From assembly GCA_964571855.1 (NCBI GenBank), contig CAZNDO010000016.1, forward strand, positions 4,601-68,600: DNA of 64,000 nucleotides. The letters are read 5' to 3'. A program made the translations under genes and the position numbers. The notes under the pieces are model-generated. The model saw only the letters and a list, made by a program, of their open reading frames with translations, was not told the origin of the DNA and did no database searches. Below, in pieces: positions 9,480 to 21,538 of the stretch. Numbering within the stretch: position 1 is the first letter of the stretch; each line of letters starts with the position of its first letter. This DNA comes from an uncultured Gemmatimonadota bacterium. Lineage in GTDB: Bacteria; ARS69.

Positions 9480-9983
9480 TTGATCAAGATCCCGCAGCCC
9501 GCCATGGCGCTGAACGCCGACGACGTGCCCGGTCCCGACTACAAGATGTGGAACACGCGCAAGGTCACGCGCAAGGACGACGCGCGCTGGCTCATGAAGA
9601 ACGTGGCGTCGGTGGCGCGCTCCACCTCCACCGGCCGCCTCAAGGCGCTCGTGATCAACTGCCATGCCTCGGCCGCCAGCCTCGGGCTCGGCACGGGCAT
9701 CAGCCGCGGCAACACCGAGGTCTTCGACGAGCTCAAGGGACTGGTGGACGAGATCTACATCGTGGCGTGCCAGGTGGCGTACATCAACGGCCCGGGCACC
9801 GGCACGGACGGGAACCTGTTCACGTGCGCCGTCGCGAAGAACTCGGGCGCGAGCGTGTACGCGTCCACCGCGTCGCAGAACACGGGGATCTGGCCGGCGA
9901 TCCCGTTCGGCTACATCGACGGGTTCGAGGGCAAGGTCTACAAGTACAAGCCCGACGGCTCCGTGGAGCTCACCGGCCTTTGA
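9480..9983 (+). CDS. Hypothetical cytoplasmic protein (167 aa) with His/Cys motifs after hydrophobic strands.
   Basis: TTG start with GGAGG 7 nt upstream. No signal peptide. Motifs LKALVINCHAS and IYIVACQVAY. Confidence 0.5.
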   Translation: MIKIPQPAMALNADDVPGPDYKMWNTRKVTRKDDARWLMKNVASVARSTSTGRLKALVINCHASAASLGLGTGISRGNTEVFDELKGLVDEIYIVACQVAYINGPGTGTDGNLFTCAVAKNSGASVYASTASQNTGIWPAIPFGYIDGFEGKVYKYKPDGSVELTGL

Positions 9984-12900
9984 CGCTCCGCCGGTACGAC
10001 CTCGCGTGCACCGTGGATCCGTACCGCGACGGCTGGACCCTGCACGACTTCCTGGTGCACCGGTTCCGGTACCATCCGGAGCCGCTGTGGTCGACGCGTC
10101 TCGCCGAGGGGGCCGTGCTCGTGAACGGCGAGACGGCCGACGGGGCACGCGTCGTGCATGCCGGCGACCGGATCGACTACCACGTGTGGCACGAGGAACC
10201 GCCGGTCGACTTCTCGTACGCCGTGCTGCACGAGGACGACGCCGTGCTGGCGGTGGCCAAGTCCGGCAACCTCCCGGTGCACGCCGGCGGGAAGTACATC
10301 CGGCACACGCTGATCGCGGAGCTCCGTGAGCGTTGGGGGAGCGAGCTGCGCCTCTCGCACCGGCTGGATCGGGAGACGTCGGGGGTCGTGGTGCTCGCGA
10401 AAACGCGCGCCGCGGCCCGCGCCCTGGAGCGGGAGTTCCACGGGCGTCGCGTGGCCAAGACGTACCTGGCGCTGCTCCGCGGCGCCGTGCCGGCGGAGGT
10501 GACGGTGGACGCCCCGATCGGCCGGGAGGATCCGTCGGGCGTGTCCTCCTTCCGGTGTGTCGATCCGGAGCACGGCAAGCCGGCGCGGACCCGGTTCGTG
10601 CCGGTCGCGTCCGGCCCGGGGCCCGCCGCCCCGGCCGCCACGCCGCGCCCGGCCACGCTCGTCCTCGTCATGCCCGAGTCCGGGCGGACCAACCAGATCC
10701 GGGTCCACGCCGCGCACCTGGGCCGTCCGGTCGTCGGGGACAAGATCTACGGCGTCCCGCGTGCGCTCACGGAGCGCTTCGTCACGGCGGGGGAGACGGC
10801 GGAGATCCTGGCCGCCGCCGGTGCGCCGCGCCACCTGCTGCACTGCCTCCGGCTGGCCCTGCGCCACCCGGACGGGCGCCTCCTCGAGCTCACGGCCCCG
10901 CCGCCGCCGGATTTCGCCGATTCCTGGGGAGGCCCCCTGCCCGACTTCGGGGTATCTTTGCCCCGAATAGGCCTTCAAACCCCGCGGGAGCCCCCTCCCG
11001 GTCCACCTCGTCCCGAGGAACTCGCCGTGAAGACGCTGGAGCGGATCGACCCCCGCACCCTGATCGAGGAGATGAGGGCGCAGCACGCGCACTGGGAGAA
11101 GATCAAGGACCTGATCGACTCCATGATCGACATGATGCTGAACTACCGGCAGAGCGGGCACCCCGGCGGTTCCCGCTCCAAGGTCCACCTCCTGGTGACC
11201 ACCCTCCTGGGCGGCATCATGCGCTGGGACATCCGCCACCCGGAGAAGCCCTTCGGCGACCGCTTCATCCTCGTGGCCGGGCACACGGTGCCGCTGGTGT
11301 ACGCCACGCTCACCGTGTTCTGCCACGCCCTGCGGCTCAAGTACGCGAAGACCGGGGATCCGAAGTACCTCATCCCCGATCCCGAGCACCGCTCCATGAT
11401 GTGGGAGGACCTGCTGCGGCTCCGCCGCAACAAGGGGCTCGCGGGCCACGCGGAGATGGAGGGGAAGACCCTCTTCTTCAAGTTCAACACGGGGCCGTCC
11501 GGGCACGGCTCGCCGGCGGCGGCGGGCGAGGCCATGGCGCTCAAGCGCGCGGGCGCGGCCGACGTGCGCGTGTTCGCGTTCGAGGGCGAGGGCGGGCTCA
11601 CCACGGGCGCGTCGCACGAGACACGCAACACGGCGTGGGGGCTGGGTCTCTCGAATCTCGTGTACGTGGTGGACTGGAACGACGAGGGCATCGACCCGCG
11701 CCGCTGCTCCAGCGTGGTGTACGGCGGGCCGCAGGACTGGTTCGGCGCGGCGGGCTGGAAGGTGGTCGGCGCGCAGAGCGGGAGCGACTGGGAGGACGTC
11801 TCGCGCGCGCTCGCCGAGGGCGTGCACGGCGCGAACCCGCTGGCGACGCCGGTGTGCGTGTGGGGCCGCACGCTGAAGGGCCGCGGCTACGCGGTGACCG
11901 GCTACAAGTCGCACGGCACCCCGCTGCCGACGAACAGCGAGGGCTACTGGAAGGGCCGGCAGGAGTTCACCGACAAGCACGGGATCGCGTTCGAGGGGCA
12001 GGGGCAGCCGGCGCCGGCGGATCCGGCGGCGCTGAAGGCGCAGGTGGCCGAGAACCTGCAGCGCGCGCTCTCGCTCTTCGAGAAGGATCCCGCGCTGCTG
12101 GACTACCTGGCGGACCGGCTCGTGGAGCTCGGGGAGTCCGTGCCGGAGCGCGCGGAGGGCGCCGCCTTCGACACGGAGCGGACGCCGTTCAAGGACCCCG
12201 CGTTCTGGGACTTCCGCGCGTACCCGGAGTCGATGTGGGCGAAGCCGGGGGACAAGAAGCCGAACCGCGCCGGACTCTCCGAGTGGGCGGCGTACGTGAA
12301 CTCGCTCGGCCGGAAGAAGTACGGCCGGCCGCTCTTCCTCGCGATGGCGGCGGACCTGGCGGACTCCACGAACATCTCGGGGTTCGCGAAGGGCTTCGGG
12401 GACATGGAAGGCTGGGGCTGGTACGAGCGGGCCACGAACCCGGACGGCGCGCTCCTGCCGCAGCAGATCACCGAGTTCGCCAACTCGGGCGTCACCGTGG
12501 GCCTGGCCTGCGTGAACCTGCACCCGAGACCCTACGAGGAATTCAACGGGTTCTACGGCGCGTGCTCCACCTACGGCTCGTTCAGCTACCTGAAGTACGG
12601 CCCCATGCGGCTGTTCAGCCAGGTGGCGCAGGACTCGGAGATCCGCGTGGGCAAGGTGCTGTGGATCGCCGGGCACTCCGGGCCGGAGACGGCGGAGGAC
12701 TCCCGGACGCACTTCGGCATCTTCGCGCCGGGCGTGACGGATCTCTTCCCGGAGGGTCACGTGTGCAACGTGCACCCGTGGGAGCACAACGAGGTGCCGG
12801 TCGTGCTGGGCGCGGCGTTCGCGTCGGACTTCCCGATCGTGGCGCTGCACCTCACGCGGCCCGCCGTGACGATCCCGGATCGCGCCGCGCTCGGGATGGC

Positions 12901-13379
12901 GTCGCACTTCGACGCGGCGAAGGGCGCGTACCTCATCCGGGATTTCGATCCCGCGCGGCCGCCGGCCGGCACCGTGCTGGTGCAGGGCACGATGTCCACG
13001 GTGAACCTCGTGAAGACGCTGCCGGAGATCGCGAAGGCGGGGCTGAACGTCCGCATCGTGGCGGCCATCAGCCCGCAGCTCTTCGCGAAGCAGCCGCGCG
13101 AGTACCGCGACCGCATCCTGCCGGCGTCCGCGCAGCTGGACTGCATGATGGTGTCCAACCGGTCGCGGCGGCTCATGTGGGATTGGCTCCGCAACCCGGC
13201 GACGGACGAATACGCGCTCACGTCCGACTGGGACGACCGGTGGCGCACCGGCGGCTCGGTGGACGAGGTCATGGCCGAGGCGCGGCTGTCCCCGGCGGAC
13301 ATCCTGGCCGGCATCGAGCGGTTCGTGCGCGAGCGCCCCGCACGCATCGCGCGCGCGCGGGCGGCGCTGGACGCGCTGG

Positions 13380-13387
<8 letters not shown>
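9980..13387 (+). CDS. Continuous reading frame: an RluA-family pseudouridine synthase (S4-like plus catalytic domain, about 9980-10900) runs without a stop into a transketolase-family thiamine-diphosphate protein (probable internal GTG start at 11027 with GAGGAA RBS).
   Basis: The pseudouridine synthase part has S4-like RYDLACTV..AVLVNGE, motif LSHRLDRETSGVVVLAKT (catalytic Asp), and C-terminal ..HCLRLALRHPDGRLLELTAPPPPDF. The transketolase part has the TPP motif NYRQSGHPGGSRS, GHTVPLVYATL, and FAFEGEGGLTTGASHETRNTAWGLGLSNLVYVVDWND. The pyrimidine-binding half continues to the stop at 13385-13387. There is no in-frame stop anywhere between the two parts (track ORF 9548..13387). Confidence 0.65.
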
Positions 13388-15733
<2,346 letters not shown>

Positions 15734-15839
15734 CGCGCGCGCCGCGCCCGGAACGCGGAAGGGGTCCCGCCGCGGCGGGACCCCTTCGCGTTTCTCCGGA
15801 GCTTGCGCGGGACCGCACCCGCTCGCGGCGCCGGAACGG

Positions 15840-16571
15840 CTAGCGGTAGAGCGCCTTGACCGCGCCCCACGTGTTCTGCTCGACCGAGACGGCGCAGGAC
15901 ACGTCCGCATCGATCAGCAGCTGCGCGTCGCACACGCCGTCGTTGAAGGAGGAGCCGGGGCACAGCGGAGCGGACGTCGTGCCGTAGTCGAAGCTGTGGT
16001 TCGCGCGATCGATCGGGTAGCAGGTGCCGCAGGCCGGGGCCTCCGCACCCACGCCCGCCGGGTGGTCGGACGCCACCGCGGCCGGGTTCGACGCGCCCGC
16101 ACCGAACGTGACCGCCACGGCGAACGTGCGGTCGGGGACCGGGATGCCGCCGAAGTCGGTGCTGTTCCAGCCCGTCACCGGCAGGAACGCCTGCGAGGCG
16201 ATCGCCGCGCCGGTGGGGCACTGCGACGCGTCCGCGTCGAACACGTCGATCGTGCCGGTGAAGGAGTAGCCGGACGGCGCGCCGGTGTAGAAGTAGGACC
16301 ACACCGCGCCCACGCCGGTGGTGTAGCCGATCGTGCAGCAGCTGGTGAACGAGACGCCGAACTGCGCGCTGGGCGCGAACCCGCTCCAGATCCAGATCCA
16401 GCCGGTGCAGATGTTGTAGTACTGCAGTGTGCACGAGGACGAGCCGCGCCAGATGTCGGCGCGGTCCGTGTCGGAGAGTCTCTGGCTCGACTTCTCGAGC
16501 GCGAACGCGGGTGACGCGAGCAGCGTGGCGACGAACGTCGCCGCGAGGAGAATTCGAAGCGAAGACTTCAT
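15840..16571 (-). CDS. Secreted cysteine-rich hypothetical protein (243 aa, 12 Cys).
   Basis: GGAGG RBS, then the ATG. Signal peptide MKSSLRILLAATFVATLLASPAFA. Mature region has Cys pairs plus WIWIW, and ends ...AVKALYR. The upstream part of track ORF 15840..17240 is discarded. Confidence 0.55.
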   Translation of the reverse strand: MKSSLRILLAATFVATLLASPAFALEKSSQRLSDTDRADIWRGSSSCTLQYYNICTGWIWIWSGFAPSAQFGVSFTSCCTIGYTTGVGAVWSYFYTGAPSGYSFTGTIDVFDADASQCPTGAAIASQAFLPVTGWNSTDFGGIPVPDRTFAVAVTFGAGASNPAAVASDHPAGVGAEAPACGTCYPIDRANHSFDYGTTSAPLCPGSSFNDGVCDAQLLIDADVSCAVSVEQNTWGAVKALYR

Positions 16572-17049
16572 GACCGAACCTCCATGTCCGGAGCGGGAAG
16601 GTCCGGCGGGTCCGGCCGCCCTGGAGGCGGAGCGCGGGCACGCGCGGAGCGGTTCCTTCCTCATCGACCGAATCTCGCACCGGCTTGACGATTCCGGAAG
16701 GGCCGGGGGACGACAAATGTGCAAGAAGCGCGAAATCAAGCGGTTGGCCGGGGCGGCGGCGGGCCCCGAGGGACCGGGAACGGTGCAACCGCTTCGCGGG
16801 GGGCGTTCGGGGGCGGCCAGGCCGGAGGGCAATGCCCCCCGGTTGGTTGCCGGCGAGCTTCCGACGACTCGCGAACCGCGCGACGCGGTTCCGCCCGGTG
16901 GGGCGGTTTCGCGCGCGGCTCGACGCTTCGCGAGTTCACCGCGCGCACGCGCGGCGCCGTTCGTGCGACACGCGCGGCGCGAGTGCATCGCCGGCGTGGT
17001 GCGCACACACCGGCGCACGCCGCGGTCGCTTGACGCTTCGGCATCCGTT

Positions 17050-17079
17050 TCCCTATCATGGGTTCGTCGGCGTGAGCCG
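17050..17079 (+). promoter_or_regulatory. Sigma-70-like promoter candidate: TTGACG, an 18-nt spacer, then TATCAT.
   Basis: Both hexamers are close to consensus and sit in a locally lower-GC gene-free stretch. A second GCTTGACG(A/C)TTC copy lies about 345 nt upstream, near 16683. Confidence 0.3.
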
Positions 17080-17086
17080 ACGACGG

Positions 17087-17312
17087 GAATCGGGCCCTGC
17101 AGTGCACGACGTGGGTCGCGATAAAATTGAACCGAATGACTCGCCCAAGGGAGCTCTACATCCGGTTGGGACGTCCACGGCCTTCGCGGCATGAGGACTG
17201 AACGGACCGTGCGAGCACCCACTTGGAGTCCACGGGTCAAGCGTCGCGGCTCCGGACGTCACGGCGGGGCACCGATCCCGAAAGGGCGCGCTCTGCGCGC
17301 CCTTTCTCCGTT
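17087..17312 (+). ncRNA. Candidate small RNA, or a structured leader of the downstream hydrolase (about 225 nt), bounded by the promoter above and a perfect palindromic terminator.
   Basis: Locally reduced GC (gggtcgcgataaaattgaaccgaatgactcgcc). No credible ORF. It ends in the hairpin AAAGGGCGCGC-tct-GCGCGCCCTTT, followed by tctccgtt. Confidence 0.25.
17281..17305 (+). terminator. Perfect 11-bp palindromic hairpin with a 3-nt loop, followed by a T-containing tail.
   Basis: AAAGGGCGCGC tct GCGCGCCCTTT ctccgttcc. It sits 15 nt upstream of the preferred hydrolase start. Confidence 0.45.
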
Positions 17313-17321
17313 CCGGGCGTC

Positions 17322-18101
17322 GTGCTGAACGCGGGCGCGCACGCGCGAGTCGCCGCATGGCGCGAGGCGGAGGCCCGGGACGGCGTGCCCGAGACGGTGC
17401 GATCGTTCGTGCGCGATGCGGCGTCGCCGCGGGGCAGCGCGCTCCTCTTGCACGGCGCCGGCGGCTCGCCCGCGGACTTCCACTTCCTGGCCACGGATCT
17501 CGCCCGGCACGGCATCTCGTCCGTGTGTCCGCTGCTTCCCGGGCACGGGCGGGGGGACGCGGGCCTCGCCGCGCTCCGCTTCGACCCGCTCGCGCGTCGC
17601 GCCCTCGAGGCGTACGACGCGCTCGCGGCGGCCGACCCCGCGCCCAAGCCGTATCTCGTGGGGCAGTCCGTGGGCGCGGTGCTCGGCGCGCACGTCGCCG
17701 CGGAGCGGGCGCCCGCCGGTCTCGTCGCGCTGGCCCCCGCGCTGCGGCCCTACGTGCTGCGCCGCCTGGGCATGCTGCTGCTGGGGTTCCTCGTCCGGCC
17801 GCGCGTCGCCCTGCACACGCTGCGCTGGCAGACCGACGTGCGCCGCGGCATCCGCGCCACCGCGGCTCGCCTCGGCGAGGTGCGTTGCCCCCTGCTCGTT
17901 CTCCACTCGCGCGACGACGACAGCGTCTCGGCGCGCGGGGCGCGCGAACTCCTGGAGGCCGCGGCGTCGGAGCGCAAGGAACTGCGGTGGCTGGACGGGC
18001 AGGGACACGTGCTGTCCACCGCGCCGGACCGGGAGCGGGTGTTCGGACCCGTGCGCGAGTTCCTCGCCGCGTCTACTGAGGCAGGTCGAAGCGGAACGTA
18101 G
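17322..18101 (+). CDS. Alpha/beta hydrolase (esterase/lipase-type serine hydrolase).
   Basis: Motifs LLLHGAGGSPADF and the nucleophile elbow GQSVG. C-terminal LVLHSRDDDSV and GQGHV (Asp/His). The start is uncertain (GTG at 17322 or 17385). The track start at 17223 would include the hairpin. Confidence 0.7.
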   Translation: MLNAGAHARVAAWREAEARDGVPETVRSFVRDAASPRGSALLLHGAGGSPADFHFLATDLARHGISSVCPLLPGHGRGDAGLAALRFDPLARRALEAYDALAAADPAPKPYLVGQSVGAVLGAHVAAERAPAGLVALAPALRPYVLRRLGMLLLGFLVRPRVALHTLRWQTDVRRGIRATAARLGEVRCPLLVLHSRDDDSVSARGARELLEAAASERKELRWLDGQGHVLSTAPDRERVFGPVREFLAASTEAGRSGT

Positions 18102-18846
18102 GATCGACCTCGCGCAGGCGTGTCACCGCCGCCTCGAGGCGGGCGCGCGCCGCCGCCGACGGCTCGTGATGCCAGGACCAGTAGGCGTCCAGGAAGTCGT
18201 CGCGCGCGGTTGCCGCCGCATCCGCGGGAGCGCCGTCGGGCGCGGCGGCCGCATCCTCGGGAGCGACCCCGGCCAGGGCGGCGAAGCTCCCGTCCCGAAG
18301 GCGCTCGTACAGATGGAAGTACTCCCCGCGCATGTGGAACAGGACGTCCACCCAGCGCTCGAAGTCCTCCGAGAGCAGCTGCAGGATGCGGGCGAACACG
18401 CGCGAACCGGCCGGTGCGCGCTCCTGGAACAACGCGGCCCAGCGGTAGTACTCTTTGCCGCGCCCGATCCGGTCCCGGGCACCCGCGTCGAAGTCGCGGC
18501 GACCTTCCCGCGCCACGTACGGCGTGTCCACGAACAGGCCGGTGGAGACGAGCAGGTGATCCGCGCTCGCACGGTACACGCGGCACTTCTCGCGCGGGTC
18601 CCGCACGTCTTGGACCCGGCGGAACACGTCCACGCCGCCCCCGGTCGGGGCGGCGGTGAATCCGGGGGAGCGCACCAGTCCGGCGAGCAGCTCCACGAGG
18701 TAGACGTTCACGTCCTCGTCGTACCGGCCGGTGTTCGACTCGAACCCGCAGTCGATCCGGGACCGGAGCAGCGAGTCCAGCACGAAGTACGTCGTGCGTT
18801 CGCGGGGCTCGCCCGGACGCGAGAGGTCGAAGTACGGGTGGTCCAT
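18073..18846 (-). CDS. Hypothetical protein (257 aa). Its 3' end overlaps the convergent hydrolase by 29 nt.
   Basis: GGGAGG RBS 7 nt before the ATG of MDHPYFDLS... Coding-like composition. No family recognised. Confidence 0.5.
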   Translation of the reverse strand: MDHPYFDLSRPGEPRERTTYFVLDSLLRSRIDCGFESNTGRYDEDVNVYLVELLAGLVRSPGFTAAPTGGGVDVFRRVQDVRDPREKCRVYRASADHLLVSTGLFVDTPYVAREGRRDFDAGARDRIGRGKEYYRWAALFQERAPAGSRVFARILQLLSEDFERWVDVLFHMRGEYFHLYERLRDGSFAALAGVAPEDAAAAPDGAPADAAATARDDFLDAYWSWHHEPSAAARARLEAAVTRLREVDPTFRFDLPQ

Positions 18847-19052
18847 CGCCATCCCTCCCGTGCTCACCGCGCGAACAGCACTGCAAGGTCGGTGCCAGAC
18901 CGTCCGGAGCGCGGGGATTGCGAATCCTGCCCCGGATCAACCAAGAATCGGCCTTCCGGTTCCCCGGACGCCGGGCCCGCAAGGGCCCCCCGGCGGGAAA
19001 CGACCGGCCGGGTGTGGCGTTCTGCACGGGCGCGCGCCTGCGGGAGCGTTTC

Positions 19053-19892
19053 GTGACGGAGTTCACGAGCGGCCCGGGGGCGGTGCGCATCGGCTTCGCG
19101 CAGACCCGGCCGGTCTTCGGGCAGCGGGCGGCGAACCTCGAGGCGGCGGCTCGCCTCGTGGACGCGGCCGTCGCGTTCGACGTCCTCGTGCTTCCGGAGC
19201 TCTTCTCCACGGGGTACCTGTTCCTGTCCCGCGAGGAGGTGGGCGCGGCGGGCGAGGACACGGGCGGGCCCACGGTGACCTTCCTGCGCGACACGGCGCG
19301 GCGGCGCGGCGCCTGGCTCTGCGGGGGTTTCGCGGAACGGGCGGGCCGGGCGCTCTACAACGCGGCCGCCCTGGCCGGCCCCGGCGGCGAGCTGCACGTC
19401 TACCGGAAGGTGCATCTCTTCGATCGCGAGACGGAGGTGTTCGATCCGGGCGACCGGCCGTTCCACGCGATCCCCGTGCGCGCCGGCGGCGTGGACTTCC
19501 GCGCGGGGATGATGATCTGCTTCGACTGGCTCTTCCCCGAGGCCGCGCGCTGTCTCGCGCTCGACGGCGCGGACGTCCTCCTGCACCCGTCCAATCTGGT
19601 GCTGCCGTTCTGCCAGGACGCGATGTCCACGCGCTGCCTGGAGAACCGCGTGTTCGCCGTGACCGCGAACCGCAGCGGCGAGGACGTGCGCGGCGCCGAG
19701 CGCCTGGCATTCACCGGCTCCAGCCAGATCACCGGTCCGCGCGGCGACATCCTCGTGCGCGCGGCCAGCGCCGGCGAGTGCGTGGAGGTCGTGACGATCG
19801 ACCCGCTGCGCGCGCGCGACAAGCGGGTCACCGCGCGCAACGACCTGCTCGGGAGCCGGCGTCCCGACGTGTACGGGGCGCTCGCGGAGTAG
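19053..19892 (+). CDS. Carbon-nitrogen hydrolase family protein (nitrilase/amidase superfamily).
   Basis: The catalytic triad context: E in VLVLPELFSTGY, K in HVYRKVHLFD, and C in MMICFDWLFPE. GTG start at 19053. The track start at 18918 adds an Arg/Pro-rich head. Confidence 0.75.
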   Translation: MTEFTSGPGAVRIGFAQTRPVFGQRAANLEAAARLVDAAVAFDVLVLPELFSTGYLFLSREEVGAAGEDTGGPTVTFLRDTARRRGAWLCGGFAERAGRALYNAAALAGPGGELHVYRKVHLFDRETEVFDPGDRPFHAIPVRAGGVDFRAGMMICFDWLFPEAARCLALDGADVLLHPSNLVLPFCQDAMSTRCLENRVFAVTANRSGEDVRGAERLAFTGSSQITGPRGDILVRAASAGECVEVVTIDPLRARDKRVTARNDLLGSRRPDVYGALAE

Positions 19893-20479
19893 ACGGCGCG
19901 GCAGGCCGACCCCGCGGGGGGCGCGACAGCCAGGGGTCCGCACCCGCCGCGACGTGTCCACGGGCGACGACACCGTGACGCCGGACGTTGTCGCGATCCA
20001 TGTGCTTGGTGCCGGGTCGGTTGCGCGACGGATCGCCCTGCGGGTGTCGCCGCTGGTTGCCGTCTGTCGTCGCGCGCGGATCACGTCGTGCTGCGGAAGA
20101 ACGCGCGAGGGGCGGCGTGGAGCGCGGTTCCGGGCGGATCCGTCGATGTCCGGCGCTTCGGCCCGGTCATTGCAATGGTGCGCGCGCGGGAGATGAGCGG
20201 AAGCGGAAGCGGAAGGGACGAAGGGCGGGCCGCACGCTTCGGCGTCGGGTCCGCGGGGACTGGACCGGCGGCCCGCCCCTTCGTCCGAGTCGCCCCGGGG
20301 GAGGGCGTTGGCCAGGCCCTTCCCCGTTGCAGAGAGCCGGGAGCGTTCCGCGAGGAGATTCCTCGAACCGACAGGCGTAGCCGGGGAGATGCGCCGATCG
20401 GTTGGAACGCTCCCGGCCGTACTTCCCGGGAACACCGCCACCCGCGCCACCACCACCCAGGAGCACGCACACGGCGCAG

Positions 20480-20770
20480 GTCCGCGGGACACTCGGGAAC
20501 CGCCGCGGGGTCGTGGGGCGAGTCACGCGCCGGGCGGGTGTGCGATGCGCGTTCCTCCGTCCCCGACCCTTGCTCCGGCGGCGTCGCGGAGGGGCCGTAG
20601 CCATGGATGGCGGAGGCCCCGGAGCGCCGAGGCCCAGGGCGCGCATGGATGCGCGCCCGCGCCGTCCGGTCCGGAGCAAGGGTCGGGGACGGAGGAACGC
20701 GCATCGCGCACCCGGCCCGGCGCGTGACTCGCCCCGCGACCCCGCGGCGGTTCCCGAATGTCCCGCGGAC
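20480..20770. repeat. Long near-perfect inverted repeat (about 100-bp arms, about 92-bp spacer) abutting the cdaA stop codon. MITE-like or giant 3'-UTR hairpin.
   Basis: Left arm 20480-20578 matches the reverse complement of 20671-20770 at about 96/100 positions. The spacer contains the palindrome GGCGCGCATGGATGCGCGCC. Spurious ORFs on both strands carry mirror-image peptides (GPEQGSGTEERAS). Confidence 0.6.
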
Positions 20771-21538
20771 CTATGCCGCGTGCGCGCGACGTTCGAACGC
20801 CGCGTGCAGCAACGCGCGGAGGGACTCGCGCGTGAGGTTGCGGGTGAGCTGCCCGCCCTTCGCGTGCGACACGGTGCCGGTCTCCTCGGAGACCACCACC
20901 ACGTCGCAGTCGGCCTCCTCGGTGATCCCGATGGCGGCGCGGTGGCGCGTGCCGAGCGCGCGGGAGAGGCGCGGATCCTGCGTGAGGGGGAGGATGCACC
21001 CCGCGGCCACGATCTGGTCGCCCTGCACGATGACGGCGCCGTCGTGCAGGGGGCTGCGAGTCTGGAAGATGGAGATGAGCAGTTCCTCGCTCGGGCGGGC
21101 GTACAGCGGCGTGCCGGTCTCGATCACGCCCTTCAGCCCGGCCTGGCCGAGCACCACGATGAGCGCGCCCGTGCGCGCCTCGGCCAGCTCGAACACCGCG
21201 TTGACCAGGAGGTCCACGGCCTCCTGCGCCTCGCCGCGCGTCACGAACGGCCGCACGATCGGGTGCTGTCCCAGCTTGGACAGCGCGCGGCGGAGCTCCG
21301 GCTGGAACACGATGAGGAAGCCGATGAGCCAGATCGTCTTCAGGCTGCCGATGATCCAGCTCAGCGCGTGCAACCCGAGGAACCCGGACAGGAACCCCGC
21401 GCCGATGATCACGAGGAGTCCGAGGAACATCGTGACGGCGCGCGTGGAGCGGATGAACATGTAGAGCTTGTAGAAGAGGACCGTCACGATCCCCACGTCC
21501 AGGATGTCCAGGACCCAGTGGATGCCGAGCAGGCTCAC
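20771..21538 (-). CDS. cdaA: Diadenylate cyclase (c-di-AMP synthase) CdaA.
   Basis: N-terminal transmembrane helices (ILDVGIVTVLFYKLYMFIRSTRA..). DisA_N motifs DGAVIVQGDQIVAAGCILP and TRHRAAIGITEEADCDVVVVSEETG. The GTG start overlaps the folP stop. Confidence 0.8.
   Translation of the reverse strand: MSLLGIHWVLDILDVGIVTVLFYKLYMFIRSTRAVTMFLGLLVIIGAGFLSGFLGLHALSWIIGSLKTIWLIGFLIVFQPELRRALSKLGQHPIVRPFVTRGEAQEAVDLLVNAVFELAEARTGALIVVLGQAGLKGVIETGTPLYARPSEELLISIFQTRSPLHDGAVIVQGDQIVAAGCILPLTQDPRLSRALGTRHRAAIGITEEADCDVVVVSEETGTVSHAKGGQLTRNLTRESLRALLHAAFERRAHAA

Noticed and set aside
16429-17194. ORFs 16429..17124 and 16685..17194 in the 750-bp intergenic zone.
   Set aside because: Poor codon usage, Arg-rich, no RBS. 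The region behaves as non-coding and regulatory.
19954-20727. Several 80-200-aa ORFs across the inverted-repeat block.
   Set aside because: They mirror each other on opposite strands because of the 100-bp inverted repeat, which is diagnostic of a palindrome artefact rather than genes.
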